This document shows, piece by piece, positions 23,957 to 36,857 of a stretch of 64,000 bases of DNA; position 1 is the stretch's first letter; every line of letters starts with the position of its first letter. The notes under the pieces were generated by a model. That model saw only the letters and a program-made list of their open reading frames with translations, had not been told where the DNA came from and did no database searches. The stretch comes from Minutocellus sp. GHC0000111 (taxonomy: Eukaryota): NCBI GenBank assembly GCA_977018835.1, contig OZ361258.1, forward strand, positions 3,100,001 through 3,164,000, read 5' to 3'. A program made the position numbers and the translations under genes.

Positions 23957-24925
23957 ATGGCACCCTTCCTACCGTCCCTGCCGCTGGTCACATCGGCACT
24001 ATTGTCATCAGAGCCGCTGAATCGCCCGTCATGCCTTCGATTGGAAGTCTGCACCAGCCCAGGATGCGTCGCCGACGGTGCGCGGAGCACACTGGCCAAG
24101 CTGAGGGCTCTGGCCCCACCTCCACCTTCACCCTCTTCCTCATCGAGCGATGCCGCAACCAATAGCAATAACAATGAAAATGGCGCCAAAGCGCAGTCTC
24201 CAAGCAGCGCCGGAATCATCGTAAAAGAGGGCAGATGTGCGTCGGCGTGTGGTTCCGGTCCGGTGGTCATCGAGACCAGCGGTGCGATCGAGCGCAACGA
24301 GGATGGGTCCGATGCCAGCACCACCGCCGACGTGCGGGTGGTCCACAAGTGGATCAAGGACGAGGCTCTGATCAAGCTGTTGGAGGGTGGTGGTGGCATT
24401 GGTGAAGGTGATGGAGATGGCGGAGGTACTTTTGAGATAAGTGAAAATGTCATTAAAGGATATGAGCTGTACGAGCAGGCCAACGATATGGTCAAGTTGA
24501 AGTGACGGCACACCGCCGAGACTGGAGAGTTGTATCAGCAGGCCATTGATATCGCCGCTGATACGGTACTATTGACAATGATGCCGGACGATAGTGCTGA
24601 TTTTATGCTTCCACCAAACATTGACTGGGTCGTCGATTGCTACCGACAACTGGCAACGTCCAAGCTGGCCACCTTTGATCGAGATGGGGCATTGGAGGCG
24701 GCGCAAAAGGCATGCGATATCACTCGATCGAACGACATTGAATCGCTCGAGGTGATGGCCGAAGTGTACAAAGCTCGGTTGGATAATCAAGGAGAATTGG
24801 GTGCGCTGCGCAGAGTATTTGAATTGGATGAGGAAAATGAAAGTGATGAAGAGGTGCCGAGAGATGTGGCGTTGCGGAGGAGGGAACAGGGCTTCCGTTT
24901 GGCCAGTTTGGAGAATCTGATGTGA
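23957..24925 (+). CDS. Thioredoxin-like [2Fe-2S] ferredoxin domain plus TPR protein
   Basis: LEVCTSPGCVADGA...CASACGSGPVV followed by helical repeats. The two ORFs are in the same frame, separated by TGA at 24503-24505. Confidence 0.7.
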
Positions 24926-25060
24926 TTATTTTTATTCGTCGAGTTTTTTCCCGTCGAGTCGAATCGAAATGTGACACATACTAGTATCGATAGATGTCTT
25001 GATTGCTCGAGGCCAGTCACTTTACGAACATCTTGGGCATACAATCATTCCCAATTCGAA

Positions 25061-26511
25061 ATGCCACCGATGCAAGTGAGTTCGCTCGTGGAAAAAGACG
25101 GTGAAAGTGATGACGAAACTGTTTCCACACACCAGTCGTTCAAACGTGTGAAGAAGTCAGAATGCAAGTCAATGGTTGAGGAATGCAAATGTTCTATAAG
25201 CCGTAAGCTTCCCATTGAGCCTGTGATGGCATCAGATGTAAGTCAAGAAAGATCGTACGTGATGTAAATCTCTCCAGCCGTACACAATTCTAACTGATTA
25301 CTGATTCGACTCTAATTGTCTCTAATAGTTCACAGGGAAGAATTTATGAACCGATGGAGATCGAGGATTACATCAAGAAACGAGGCGATGATATCATTTC
25401 TCCTTGCACGAAACAAAAAATAAGCAAGGAGCTATACCCTGCGCCATCAGTCCTCAAGAACATTGAGGCTGGAATTGCTGCGGGCGTTTATACTGGTGAG
25501 CCCGCTGAGGAATGGACTCGACGCAGAGAAGTGAAAAGGCACGTTGACCATGTCATCAAACTGGCTGAAGCAGGCGATGTGAAGATGATGAAATTGCTCG
25601 GAGAGTCTTACCAAAAGGGCTTGAATGAGCTGCCGAAGGACGATGCCAAGGCTCGAGAATGGTTTGATAGAGTAAATAGGGCAAAAATCCAAAAGCTGAG
25701 GGACAGAGCCAAGGAGGGAGATGGAGAGGCAATGCGTCTGCTTGGTTGCGCTTACGAAGAAAAAGAATTTGGGCTTGAGCGTGATTTGGCCGAAGCTTAC
25801 CGCTGGTACGAAAAGGCTTCAATGGCAGGAGATATAATTGGTTCCTTTTTTCTTGGATATCATCAAATCTTTGGATCAGGCGCCAATAAAAATCCTGAAA
25901 GTGGTCTCCTTCTTCTGTTGTCCGCGGCAACCGATGACCAGCCCGTCGACAGTGCTTGCTACATTTTAGGCATAATCTACTACAAAGGCCTTTCAGGGAG
26001 AACAATAAAAAGTCCAAAGCAGGCCAAGTACTGGTTCGAAAAGGCGCTTGAGATAGACGGCAGTGAAAATCGAAGCGGCTATCTCAAAGAGAGAGAAAGG
26101 CGCTATGCTCAACGTTGTCTTGAAACGTTGAACGGACCCCATGCCGATACAGGGTCGGTCGTTGTCCAACCCGCATCTAATGCTTCGGTTGATACCTCCA
26201 AGTCGTCCAGTGCATCTACTGGAGCATCGTCGTTTTCCCCAAACGCCACTGCTTCGGCTTCGGCCACATCTAACAAACCCATGACCAGGAGGGTTGTCAG
26301 GACCAGTGGCCGGAAGCGTCCGAGGAGAGATATTAATTACAACGACAAGGACGGAGACAAGCCGTTGGAAGTGATTCTACGGGCCTACCAAAACGACCGT
26401 CCCGCTCCGAAACGAAACAAGGCTCTGGTCACTGACTCGGACGATGATGAATGTGATAATGTGATGGTGTGGTGCGGTGAGATGGTGAGTTGTTTGCTGA
26501 CGATAAATTGA
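25061..26511 (+). CDS. U-box plus Sel1-repeat protein
   Basis: CSISRKLPIEPVMASD|GRIYE...SPCT (U-box split by intron 25238-25335). Sel1 repeats GDVKMMKLLG and AYRWYEKAS. Confidence 0.85.
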
Positions 26512-26792
26512 GATACCAATACAAAAAAATGTAATAGCAAAGGCAGAACGATAATAGAATGATCTTTCCGCCTTTTAAAAGTCAAAATACATGTAACTCC
26601 TGTTTGAAGGAGATCCTTTTCAGTTATCAAAACCGCCAAAGAAGATTCGACGAGCCGTTCACTCTCTTAGGATTCCTACAAGAACCTCAACGGATTGCAG
26701 TTTTTTGTCACATGAACATCTTTCCACGATTTCGACGGGAGAATCAAGCTGCCAAGTGTCAATCCTGCATGTAATCTTACAATGTTATCAAA

Positions 26793-27899
26793 ATGAGTCG
26801 TTCCAAGCGGATCAAGCTATCAGACTGCGAGAGTACATTGGAAGAATATGTTTGCCCGATAAGCTACAACATTCCGGTCAAGCCTGTGATGGCTTCGGAT
26901 GTGAGTCCATGCAATCGGAAATGCAGAATGATTCATTTTCTGCATTTTTTAAACATTATCGTAAAAATCCCACCTTTTGTGCCTCCTCCATTTGCCCTGG
27001 TGCATCCTTTATTATCGTAGGGGAAGATATACGAGGAGAAAGAGATAAAATAATACATCAAACGACAAGGCAGCAATATCATTTCTCCGTGCACCAGAAA
27101 ACTGATGAAAAAGGACGTGTTCCCAGCTTTGTTTGTTCTCAACAATGTCGAGAAAATGATTGATGCAGGGCTCTACGACGGGGAGTTAGTCAGAACATGG
27201 ACGAAGCGTATGGAGATGAAAAAAGATGTTGAAGAAGCTAAGAAAAAATCCAAGGAAGGTGATGTAGAGGCCATGCGTAGCCTTGGTGATTGGTACAAGG
27301 ATGGCGTCAATGAACTGCCAAGGGATGAAGAAGAAGCGACGCATTGGCATAACAAGGCAGAAGTGACAGAAACGAAGAATCTAGCAATCAGTGGCGACAG
27401 CGATGCCATGTTTGGCTATGCCCGAATATTTTTTCAAGGAGTAAAGGGCATTGATAGAGACTATGGCGAAGCATACCGATGGTTTCAGAAGGCAGCAGAT
27501 GCCGGGTGTGCCACAAGCTTGGCCGTTATCGGAAAGTATTACAAAATCCATGGAGCAGGTGAATTAATGAGCAAGAACATCAATAGCGGCCTCGCTCTCA
27601 TAGCGTCAGCTGCAAGGGATGAATCAGATTTTGCTTGTTATTTACTCGGCGAATGTTTCTATAAGTCCTTGTATGGTATTGAGAAAGATAATCAGCAGGC
27701 CAAAAAATGGCTCAAGCTGGCGGTCGGAGATGGCGAGCAAACTCTCAAGCAATGCAGTCTGCACGAAAGCAGTACCTTTATTACACAAGCGCGCGCTTGG
27801 CTACGTGAGATCGATGAGGATGGCGATGGCGATGACGGTGCCGAGCCCGAGGCCGAAGCAGAAGCAGTGGAGGAACTATTGCTTCTAGAGGAGGAGTGA
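26793..27899 (+). CDS. Tandem paralog of the U-box plus Sel1 gene, with a premature stop (possible pseudogene)
   Basis: CPISYNIPVKPVMASD|GKIYE with the intron at the same position (26901-27020). In-frame TAA at 27051-27053. Sel1 repeats follow. Confidence 0.8.
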
Positions 27900-28057
27900 G
27901 GACACAAATGCATACGGCTTGCCCGCTCAAGGTTTTAAAGAACCTTGATAAAACAACGCATTATAAAAGCATAGCGAAATTTTATAGTACAATGTGTTCT
28001 AGTCTACGGTAGGTGGCTGCAAGCCTTCGATTGCAATAAAATCAAATCAAGCTCATC

Positions 28058-30098
28058 CTACGCCACCGTCAGCAGGTACTCTTGCAAAGCCTCGGCCTCG
28101 TCGGCCTCCCTCAACTTCTTGAGGCACTTGTTGGCCAACAGCCGGGCCTTGTCGCGGCTCCATCCCATCCTCTTGGCACATTCCGCCAAACTCCGGCCTT
28201 CGCCATTGCCGTCGGCATCGAGCCCGTACCGCAGCCGCAGGAGCTGGGCCTCCTCCTCGCTGAGGTTGCGCGCCAGCGCGGCGATGACGTCGGACTTGAA
28301 GTTGAGCCTTTCGGCCAGGTCGGCGTCGACCTGGAAGGCGCGGTCGTGCTCGAAACCGGAGTGGTGGTCGATGTCGGACCGGCGCGCGGTCTTGTACTGG
28401 TAGTCGAGGCTGAGGACCTGGGACACCTGGGCCATCTTGGCGGTGGTCCGTTCGACGGCCGCGGCGTCCAGACCGGTGCGGGAGGCAACGTCGCCGACCT
28501 TGGGCTTTGGTTGGATGGACGTAGTTGCCGCCGTCGGCCCCCTTCTCCAGGACCAGATCGGCGGCGGCCCGGCGGATCTTGTTCCATTTGGTCTTTTCCC
28601 GGGCCGGCAACGCAATGGTCTGATCGAGCTGGCAGTTGGACAGCATCCCCTTGATCCATACGGTGGCGTAGGTGGAAAAACGCAGGCCGCGTTCCGGGTC
28701 GAACAATTCCGCGGCCCGGATGAGTCCGAGGCTGCCCTCCTGAACGAGCTCGTCTTCGCTGACGCCGGCCACGCGCAGCCGATGGCCGTGCTTGCTTCGC
28801 ACTACGGCGTACACCAGCCCCATGTTGCTGGCGACGAGCCGATTCTTGGCGGACCGGTAGCTGGACACCAACCTCCGCAGATCGCGTTGGTTGGATATGG
28901 GCAGATCGAGTTTGGAATGATGCATGGCCAGGTCGGTCCACTCCTGGCGGGTGATGTCCCGGCCGTGCTCGGATTCAAAGGTCGACTTGAGGTTGTGCAA
29001 TTCCGATCCCTGCTGGATGGTCCGGGCCAACTCCAACTCTTCCTCGGCGGTGATGCGCTCGTGTCGCTCGGTGATGGGGCTGAGGGGTCGCTGCGGCTTG
29101 CGCTTCTTCTTGCGGCCGTTGCTTGTGGCGGTGGATATGCGGGTGGCAGCGGTCGGCTTGGAGGCAGCGGTGGTGATGGCGGTAGAGGAAGACGACGACG
29201 ACGACGAGAGCTTGGCGGATAGAATGTTCATGGCCTTGGTTGTAACCTTCTTGTTGTTGGCCACCTTCTTGTTATTTTCCACGACAAAGGCCGCCTTGGC
29301 CGGAACCAACTTGCTCTCGGTAGCGGTATTGACGGCCTCGGCACTAATATTAGCAGATGCACTAGCAGCCATGCCCACAGCGGCCATGCGACGGCGCCTT
29401 TCGGCCGCCTCCTCCTGCAACCTGAGCGCCACGTCGTCCTCGGCGCTGGACACGCTGGCCCTCAGAGTGTTCAAATCGGTCTTTTCTTCCAAAATGCGGC
29501 TCTCCATCCGTCGGGCCGAGGAACCAACGACGTCTACCATGGTGTTGGAGAGGAGGGATTCCGGCTCGTCGAAGAGGGTTTCGGTCCACGACGACGACGA
29601 GGTGGAAATTCCTCCATTAGCAATGGTCGAGGACGAGCCAAAGATTTGGGAGTGCAGCCGGTCGAGGTCGGGCATCTCCACGTTGCTGCCTTGGTTATCG
29701 ACATTGGCGGCAGATCTTCGACGATTCTCTCGAAGGCTGAGGGCCGTCTCGAGGAGGTCGCGGGCGGACAGGTTGGGAGTTGTGTTTGCGAACGCAGATG
29801 CGGACAAGGAAGCGGCGGTGGGCCGGGACGAGGGGTGGGCGGTCGAGTACGCCGAAACACGCGACGAGGAATCCAAAGCAGCGGAGGCGGCCGCGGTGGT
29901 GGCGAGAAGCAACGAGCCGCGACGACGGGTCCGATTGCGGCGGAGGTGGAGCGGGCCTGTGGCCCTGCTGCTGCTGGTGTTGTTGGCATCGGCGGAGGAG
30001 GAGCAGCTTCCGGAAGAAGGAGAGGGAGATGCGGCCGAGGCGGCGGGACCGAACATATCGTCGCCGCTGCTGGAAGGAGCGAGCATATCGCGTGCCAT
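28058..30098 (-). CDS. Nuclear-encoded plastid RNA polymerase sigma-70 factor
   Basis: ITAEEELEL (region 1.2), NMGLV, ELVQEGSLGLIRAAELFDPERGLRFSTYATVWI (region 2) and LRLRYGL...SLAECA...SRDKAR (region 4). Frameshift at ~28507. Confidence 0.92.
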
Positions 30099-30640
30099 GA
30101 TTAATTTTGAAACCTAATGCGCGCGCAATCGCAAAACGATGAGTGCGCTTTGGACCCGAGTGCAGAGAGGAGGAACTCACGAGGGGTGGATGGATTTATG
30201 GCTGCTCACGCAAGCAAGCTCGGGAGGGGACCGACGTCGTCGATCGATCTGCCGTGGCCCTTGGCGCCATCGTGGACCGGTTGGATGACTCAGAGTTCCT
30301 GCGTGATCCAAAAGCACATTTTGAGGAGAAGAGTTTGGGGGGATCGCGTTGCGCCACGTCAGACGTGTTCCACGCAGACATGGGAATCGAGAGAAACATT
30401 AACGAGAAGTGCAGTTCATGACGCTCCTCGGAAAGGAAGGTTTCTGAAAGAACGAAAGCTGCTGATTTGGTCTGGCCGTCGGCGTTGAAAATGTGACTTT
30501 ACTTTGAGGGGCAAAGAAAAGGGAAGAGAAGTCATTATGCCCCTGATTTTGAACTTGCATGTTGAAGGCTCAAGATGAGAAAGTGGCCGAAACAGCCGGA
30601 ACGCAACATCGGGAAGGCAGAAAGATACCGTCCCCAAACG

Positions 30641-33327
30641 ATGCAGCGCAGAACGAAGAAGCGGCAACGGCCGAGCCCTGCAACTCCGTCAGGACATGGT
30701 GATGACATGCCAGAACTATGGGCTCCCGCGGCACCGCCGCTCTTTCGTGGAGGGCGCTGCTGCTCGAGCCATTCGGCGGCGGCTGCGGCCATCGTGATGC
30801 TCGTGCTGACCATCTCCTCGGTCACTTCCAGCAGCAGCAGCCTGCATGCGACTGCCTTTGCGTATCAACCTCCGCCAATTAATGCACATGCGCAATTCAA
30901 ACGGACGCCTTCTCAAATGTCTGGTTCGTCTCGACAAGCAGGCTCATTTGGAACACATGCGCAAAAATTCGCAACTCTGCAGGGCGTGGCCGCATCAATC
31001 GCATGCAGTTATTGCAAGCCAGCTCACAGCAAGATGATGACAACAGCGATGCATCTCCAGAACAAATCAAAAGCAGCACCACCAACAGCGGCAAGTCAAA
31101 TCGACGCGGCAGAAAGCCGTGGTGGGCCAAGCTCAAGTCGCAGAAGGAAAAGAAGAAGCGAAAGGAGGAGCGGCAGGCAATTGATTATGATCAAAAGGCA
31201 AAAGATATTGATATTGATGGTCAGGACTCAAAATCCAGCAGCAACAAATCAAACAAAAGCAACAACAAAGAAAGCCTGCTGGAAACTCTCGATCCCTACA
31301 AGGCCGGTCAGAAGCTCCGTCGGACGCTCGATACCGCCCTGACCACCCTGGCCGGTCGAGGCTCTTCAGCCACCAAAGGATATTACCTCGACGATCGCTT
31401 CATGGAATCCTCCAGTTCTGCCCTCTATGGTGCCGAACGCAATCCACTGTTTGATCGGATGGACGCCGACGACCTGGCCCCCGAGGTACTGGTCGTAGGT
31501 GCCACCGGTGCTGTGGGTAGGTTGGTCGTACGACGACTGTTGCTCGATGGACGATTCCGTGTCCGTGTGCTGGTACGGGATTTGTACTCCCGCACCCTCA
31601 ACATATTGGGCACCGGAGTTACGTACTGCCAAGGCGATTTAGGCAACGTGGAAAGCTTGGAGTATGCTCTGACAGACGTAGACAAGATTGTGTTTTGTGC
31701 CGGTGCGCCTCGACCCGACGAGGAGGATTTTCGTTCGAGATTTGAGGCCTACGTGCAGGAAAATTTGCTCAGTAGCAATGGGGAGGGGATATCCGAAGAG
31801 GAAGACGACGTCGATGGGATCGGTGCCGCCTCGACGCGACGGCATTTGGCCGAAATGGAAGCCGAGGATTGGAATCGATTGGAATCGGTGCTGGAGGTCC
31901 GTTCCAAGTTGGCCGAGCAGGTGGACGCAATTGGTATGGCCAACATTATCCATGCGTATCAGAATGTGCGACATGCCGACTATGGCACGGGCCAGGCTGC
32001 CAAACGATCGTTGTTCAAGTTTGATAAACGCCCAGAGGATTTAATCTGTTTGCAATCGATGTGGATGATGAAGATGATACAAAGAGCAATGATCAAGAAG
32101 AGATTGATTACAGCACTGAAGAGGGCGCCGATGCTCCGCCGACGGCCAAACGACGAAAACGAGGTGGACCAAGAGCACAATGCGATTGGATCAAGAATGA
32201 TTTTGGCAATGCCGTTTTTGTTGGGAGTGTACCGACTGGACCTGCGGCAAGCTCTTCTCTGGCGGGTGAAGCAGCCGTTGTGAGTAGTCGTCTTAGCTCT
32301 CGAGAGGATCCCGAAAGTGGTCTGGACCTCGGCCTCGGCTTTGCTGGATTTGTTTGCCGGTTGTGTTCAGATGGAGGCATTTACGAATGTTTTGTTCGAA
32401 CGGCCGAGTACGAACGCTCGGGGGTAGAGTACGTCTGTGAATTTGGCACTGGAACGAAGCAGCCCAACGAAAAGCAATCAAGAAACAAATTTACGTCGGT
32501 CCGATTGCCTTTTTCGCAGTTCAAAGCCATGAAGAACGGTGAGATCGATAGGCAAGCGCCACCTTTTGCAGGAACCGATGTTCGACAGATTGGATTTCGC
32601 TTTCGGGGAAGTCGCAACATGGATCTTTTACCGTCACTGTTCAAAAACATCAACCCCCAACGCAATCGACGCAAGTTCTATCTAGCGCTCAGCTACATCA
32701 AAGTGTACCGTTCACCTCCTGAGCCGGAATTCATCTACTTGAGCGACGCCAGAATACCGCCAACTGTAAAGAATGGCATGGTGAGAGATGATGTGAAGCA
32801 AATTATCCCGGCGCTAGCCTTGGAGGGCAACGGGTCTGTGCAAGAGGGCGGTGGATCAGTGGCTGATGCATACCGAATCTTTGACGAACAAGAAGCAAAG
32901 CGAGTTACCGAGAATCGGATGGATCGAAGCAACGAGGAGACGTACTTCAAGTACAAGGGCGAAAAGTTGCTGCGAGATAGCGGGTTGAAGTGAGTGTCGG
33001 TGTGTGCTGTATTGCTTCGGCGAATCTTGTGCAGAGTCAAGCTCTTACTTTGCTTTTTTCTTTGCCGTTTTTCCTTATCCTTTGGTCTAAAGCTACTGCA
33101 TCGTCAGGGTCGCCGGCTACAACGAAGAACCGACGACCTCCTCGAGCAAGCTTCGGTACAAGACAGACGACAAGGAGGTCTCTCCCGTCTCCAGGTCGGA
33201 TGTTGCGCAAGTATGCGTCAATGCACTGCTTGATCCAGAGGCTAGCAACGTGAGTTTCTACTTGTCCAAGGATACGTCCCCGAAGAAGCAGTCCTTCGGC
33301 GACCTCGAGTCCGATTTGATGCCATGA
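30641..33327 (+). CDS. HCF173-like atypical SDR (NAD(P)-binding Rossmann fold with CIA30 insertion)
   Basis: VLVVGATGAVGRLVVR, CIA30-like FTSVRLPFSQF, and YKYKGEKLLRDSGL|NYCIVR across intron 32990-33092. Frameshifts at ~30990 and ~32041. The start is uncertain. Confidence 0.8.
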
Positions 33328-33687
33328 TCAACTGGTGTGGTTGGAATACAGCAGAATTGCGAGCACAGATTATCCCATGGCACAGCCAGTGCGACTACAG
33401 TACGCTACAGTAGAAGTGCGCTCGCGCGCGGAATGGCCTTGGCCCACTGGTGGCCGCTGTCCCTAGGAAGGGAACAAGCGGGCGTACCACCAGTGTATTC
33501 GGTCTATTTCTTAGTCTATTTGAGTCGGAAAAGGGTTACTGTTAGCAATAAAAGGTGCAAATAATCAAGGCGATGGAGATCTACGGGCTGTGGGTGGGTG
33601 CAGACAGAAAGTACACGGAGAAGGAAAAGGTTGGTCGTGGTGATTTTCGGAGGACGTCGCCACGCAGGTGCTGCCAAGCAACTCTCC

Positions 33688-35526
33688 TCAGTCATTTGGT
33701 CGAACCTTCTTGTAGACGCGGCAATCCTCAACATCCTGCTGCTGTGCCAGCTCTCGCTTCTTCTGCTTTCTGGACTTCTTCCGCTTTCTGGACTTCTTCC
33801 GCTTCTTCTTAGTTGGGTGGGGCCGGACGATGATCTCAGCAGCCTTCTTCACTCCGGATAGGAACTCCTCGGCGTATTCCTTTGCGTCAAACTTCCCTCC
33901 CGTTAATGCATCGTTGTCATAAATGACGCCATTGCGCAGGCCGACGTAATGACTTGTTGAACCATTGCCCTTGGAAACGCACTGAAGAACAAACATCCGT
34001 TCAGGCTCCTTGGCAGAGACGTCGAGCAGGCACTCTAGCTTGTGTTCAAAGTTACCATCGTCGATACTGGGGAAGCGACGGTTGGTGCACCGAGCGAAGT
34101 CAAGCGGGAACTTGTTGGACTGATTTACAGTTTTCAGTGCATTGTCAAATGATAAAATCATTCCGTGTTCGTCTTAAAGACTCTTCCGAAGAAAGATACC
34201 AAGATCTTCCTCGCCATACGAGGGTGCCATCACAATATCACAACCACTGGCATACAAAAGATTATGCATGGAGTCGGGAAAACAGAATGCGCGACGAGCG
34301 ACACGAATACCGTCTTTATTGGTCATGACAACGCATGGATTAAGGACCAGGGCGCAGCCCTCCTCCGTCTTTGCTCCGCCAGGGACCTCGTGCGTCCGTG
34401 CATCGCCGCGGTAAGCAGACTCTACCGCGGCAGCGAGGATGCGATGATGGCCCATGTCACGTAGTAGATCCACCACAAAACTACCGCAGTCGTTTTGTCG
34501 GCGAGCAATCAAAGGATAAGGTCCACATGGCTTTGTCTGCACGTATACGTGACATGCGTTGGCACCGCGCTTTCCTTTGCCATATAATTTCTTCGACAGC
34601 CTTAACCTGATGCTGAGAATTGCAGCCCCGCGTGGAAATCTTTTACCGTCCGTCCATGGCCTGTCCAGTGCTGTCTCGAGTGCAAACGGCGTAGGTTCCA
34701 TCAGAGATGCGTCGGATGAATTGCCTTCCGCAGTTTGATCGTCCTCTGCGGGGAGATTTGTCCCACCGTCCTCGCCACTCCCCTCCTGTTCCTCCTCATC
34801 GGTGTCTTCCTGAAGTGGGAAGTCATATTCGTTGCTTGCATTCTGTTCCATTTCCTCCTGCTGCTGACTGCCACCAACGGTACCACTCGTATCGGAGGAG
34901 GGGCCGTTGGAAAGCGCCGCCAGAGCTGGAAGATCCTCATCCACTCCATTCCCACCCAGGCCCGGACTGGCCATCGACGCATTGTGGACGTGAGATGCGT
35001 TCGCGTTGGAGATAGGCGACAGGACCAATCCGTCGGCATTGGTCTGGCCTCCAGGAGGAGGGGCATGAGGTGGTCCATCCAAGCTCGTCTCACTCACTCC
35101 GTCGAGTGTACTATCGAAGCTGCGGCCGCTGCTAGAGCTGGTCCAGTAGCCAATCCCGGAAACTTCTACTGACGAGGAGGCTTCTGACGATGACGAAGAC
35201 GACGCTTCGATGGATTGCTCGGTTGTCTGGTGCTCTGTGGCAGCCCCAAGAAGAGAAGCGCCCGAGGTCGAGGTCGAGGTCAAGGTGTTGTTGGGAGCGA
35301 TGTTGCTTGATCCCTCCTCCTCTCCCTGTCCGATCGCAATACGCTCGGCATTACTCTGCGATAATACGTACGATGGATGTAGTACATTTTCATCTCTGAT
35401 AGGCTGTGTTCCACTGCCTCCTAGAAGATCCAAATCGATTCCTCCTCCTCCTCCCGTGGTTGCCTTCGCTCTACCTCCCGCGCCCCCTCCTGCGGCGCCT
35501 TCCACCAAGGCTCGGATAGCATTCAT
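33688..35526 (-). CDS. Hypothetical protein with a low-complexity N-terminus and a possible papain-like peptidase C-terminal domain; interrupted by one stop
   Basis: ORFs 34174-35526 and 33688-34161 are in the same frame with TAA at 34174-34176. Motifs AFCFPDS ... SHYVGLRNGVIYDND. Confidence 0.45.
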
Positions 35527-36050
35527 CTGCGGTTAGAGCTATTAATACTGTAAGCTAAGAACGTTATTACTAGACTAGTAACGTTATCGATTCTTCAATC
35601 GATTTTGTGTTGGTCTGCCTGCCTCAAGCTCAACCTCGTAAGTATTGCTTCCTATTTATACGTCATATCCTCCGCAAAATTCCAATTCCTCATTTCACAA
35701 AACAAGTAACATCTCACAATCGACCAATCGACAACATCTGTCATGTGGAGACGGTGCCCTTGCTTTCCACTCCACTCCACTCCACTTCTCGCACTTTGAG
35801 CCCCGAAACAAAGCACGCAAAGACATCCCAAACCTATGTGCTTGTACTCTTTCCCAACTTGCGAAAGGAAATCACCCGGCAACATTTAACACACGCTACA
35901 ATAGCTAAACGAGGACAGTGTTATTATAGTGGGTTCGGACGATTTAGAACTCTGCACGGAAGGCAGTCGTTTCGGTTTGCACTTGAGTATTGTTGTGGAA
36001 TGGGCTCGCGCCCTGATGACATTCAAGAGTGCGTCCGATTCGATTGCTGG

Positions 36051-36349
36051 CTTGATTCTCGATCCTCGGCAATATCGTGTCGGCGGTGGAACTGGCATCC
36101 TTCTGCTTTGCGCAAGACGGGCTCGCGCCCCGTGGGCATTCAAAAGGATCGCCGGTGAAACGTCCAACGAAGCCATTAGGAGAGAGATTCTCGATCCTCG
36201 GCAATGTCGTGTGGGCGGTAGATTCTTGATTCTCGATCCTCGGCAATATCGTGTCGGCGGTGGAACTGGCATCCTTCTGCTTTGCGCAAGACGGGCTCGC
36301 GCCCCGTGGGCATTCAAAAGGATCGCCGGTGAAACGTCCAACGAAGCCA
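36051..36349. repeat. 125-bp direct repeat (36051-36175 and 36225-36349) with a partial unit between
   Basis: Identical by eye. Partial copy at 36186-36219. Confidence 0.9.
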
Positions 36350-36857
36350 GATTCGATCGGCGTTAAAGCTGATGCCCCTGAGATGTTCCAGCCCTTGTTG
36401 CTTGACGTTCGCGACAGTTGAAAAGGCTCCGGCGGATGGCACTTGGTGCAAGGAGGGGTGAAAGCCTTGGCGCTGAGTGTCCGATGCTCGGTCAAAAGTC
36501 TATCGACGGTCCGGGCTTCTAAACATGAGGGCGTTCAAGTGTCAATCATAACCTCGTCCAATCCTACCTTGTCCTTTGTCGCATGTCGTTTCTGGTCGGA
36601 CTTGAGGACTGCTGTATAATGGACTCACGTCCTGATGTCGTTCAAGAGTGCGACCGATGCGATGGTTGGAATGGCAAGATTGGACTACGAGTCGCCAGTG
36701 AGATTCGTAGGTGCCTCGGCCGTGTTGCTTCTCGGAGATATGACATTAGAGCAGAAATTTCTTGCGGTGGGCACCGCTCATCAGCCCGCATTGTCTACTC
36801 CTCTGCTGCTTCATTCCTCCTCTTTTTGCAGGTTCTCCCTCGACCGTCCGATCAACC

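Noticed and set aside
24503..24505. TGA as selenocysteine
   Set aside because: It lies in a helical/TPR linker rather than a redox motif, and no SECIS was recognised.
28058..30098. Sigma-70 gene as bacterial contamination or recent HGT
   Set aside because: It has a long N-terminal extension and sits among intron-containing genes; nuclear-encoded plastid sigma factors are normal in algae.
33395..35552. TACAGTA...TACTGTA as Tc1/mariner termini
   Set aside because: Only 7 bp match and no transposase is evident.
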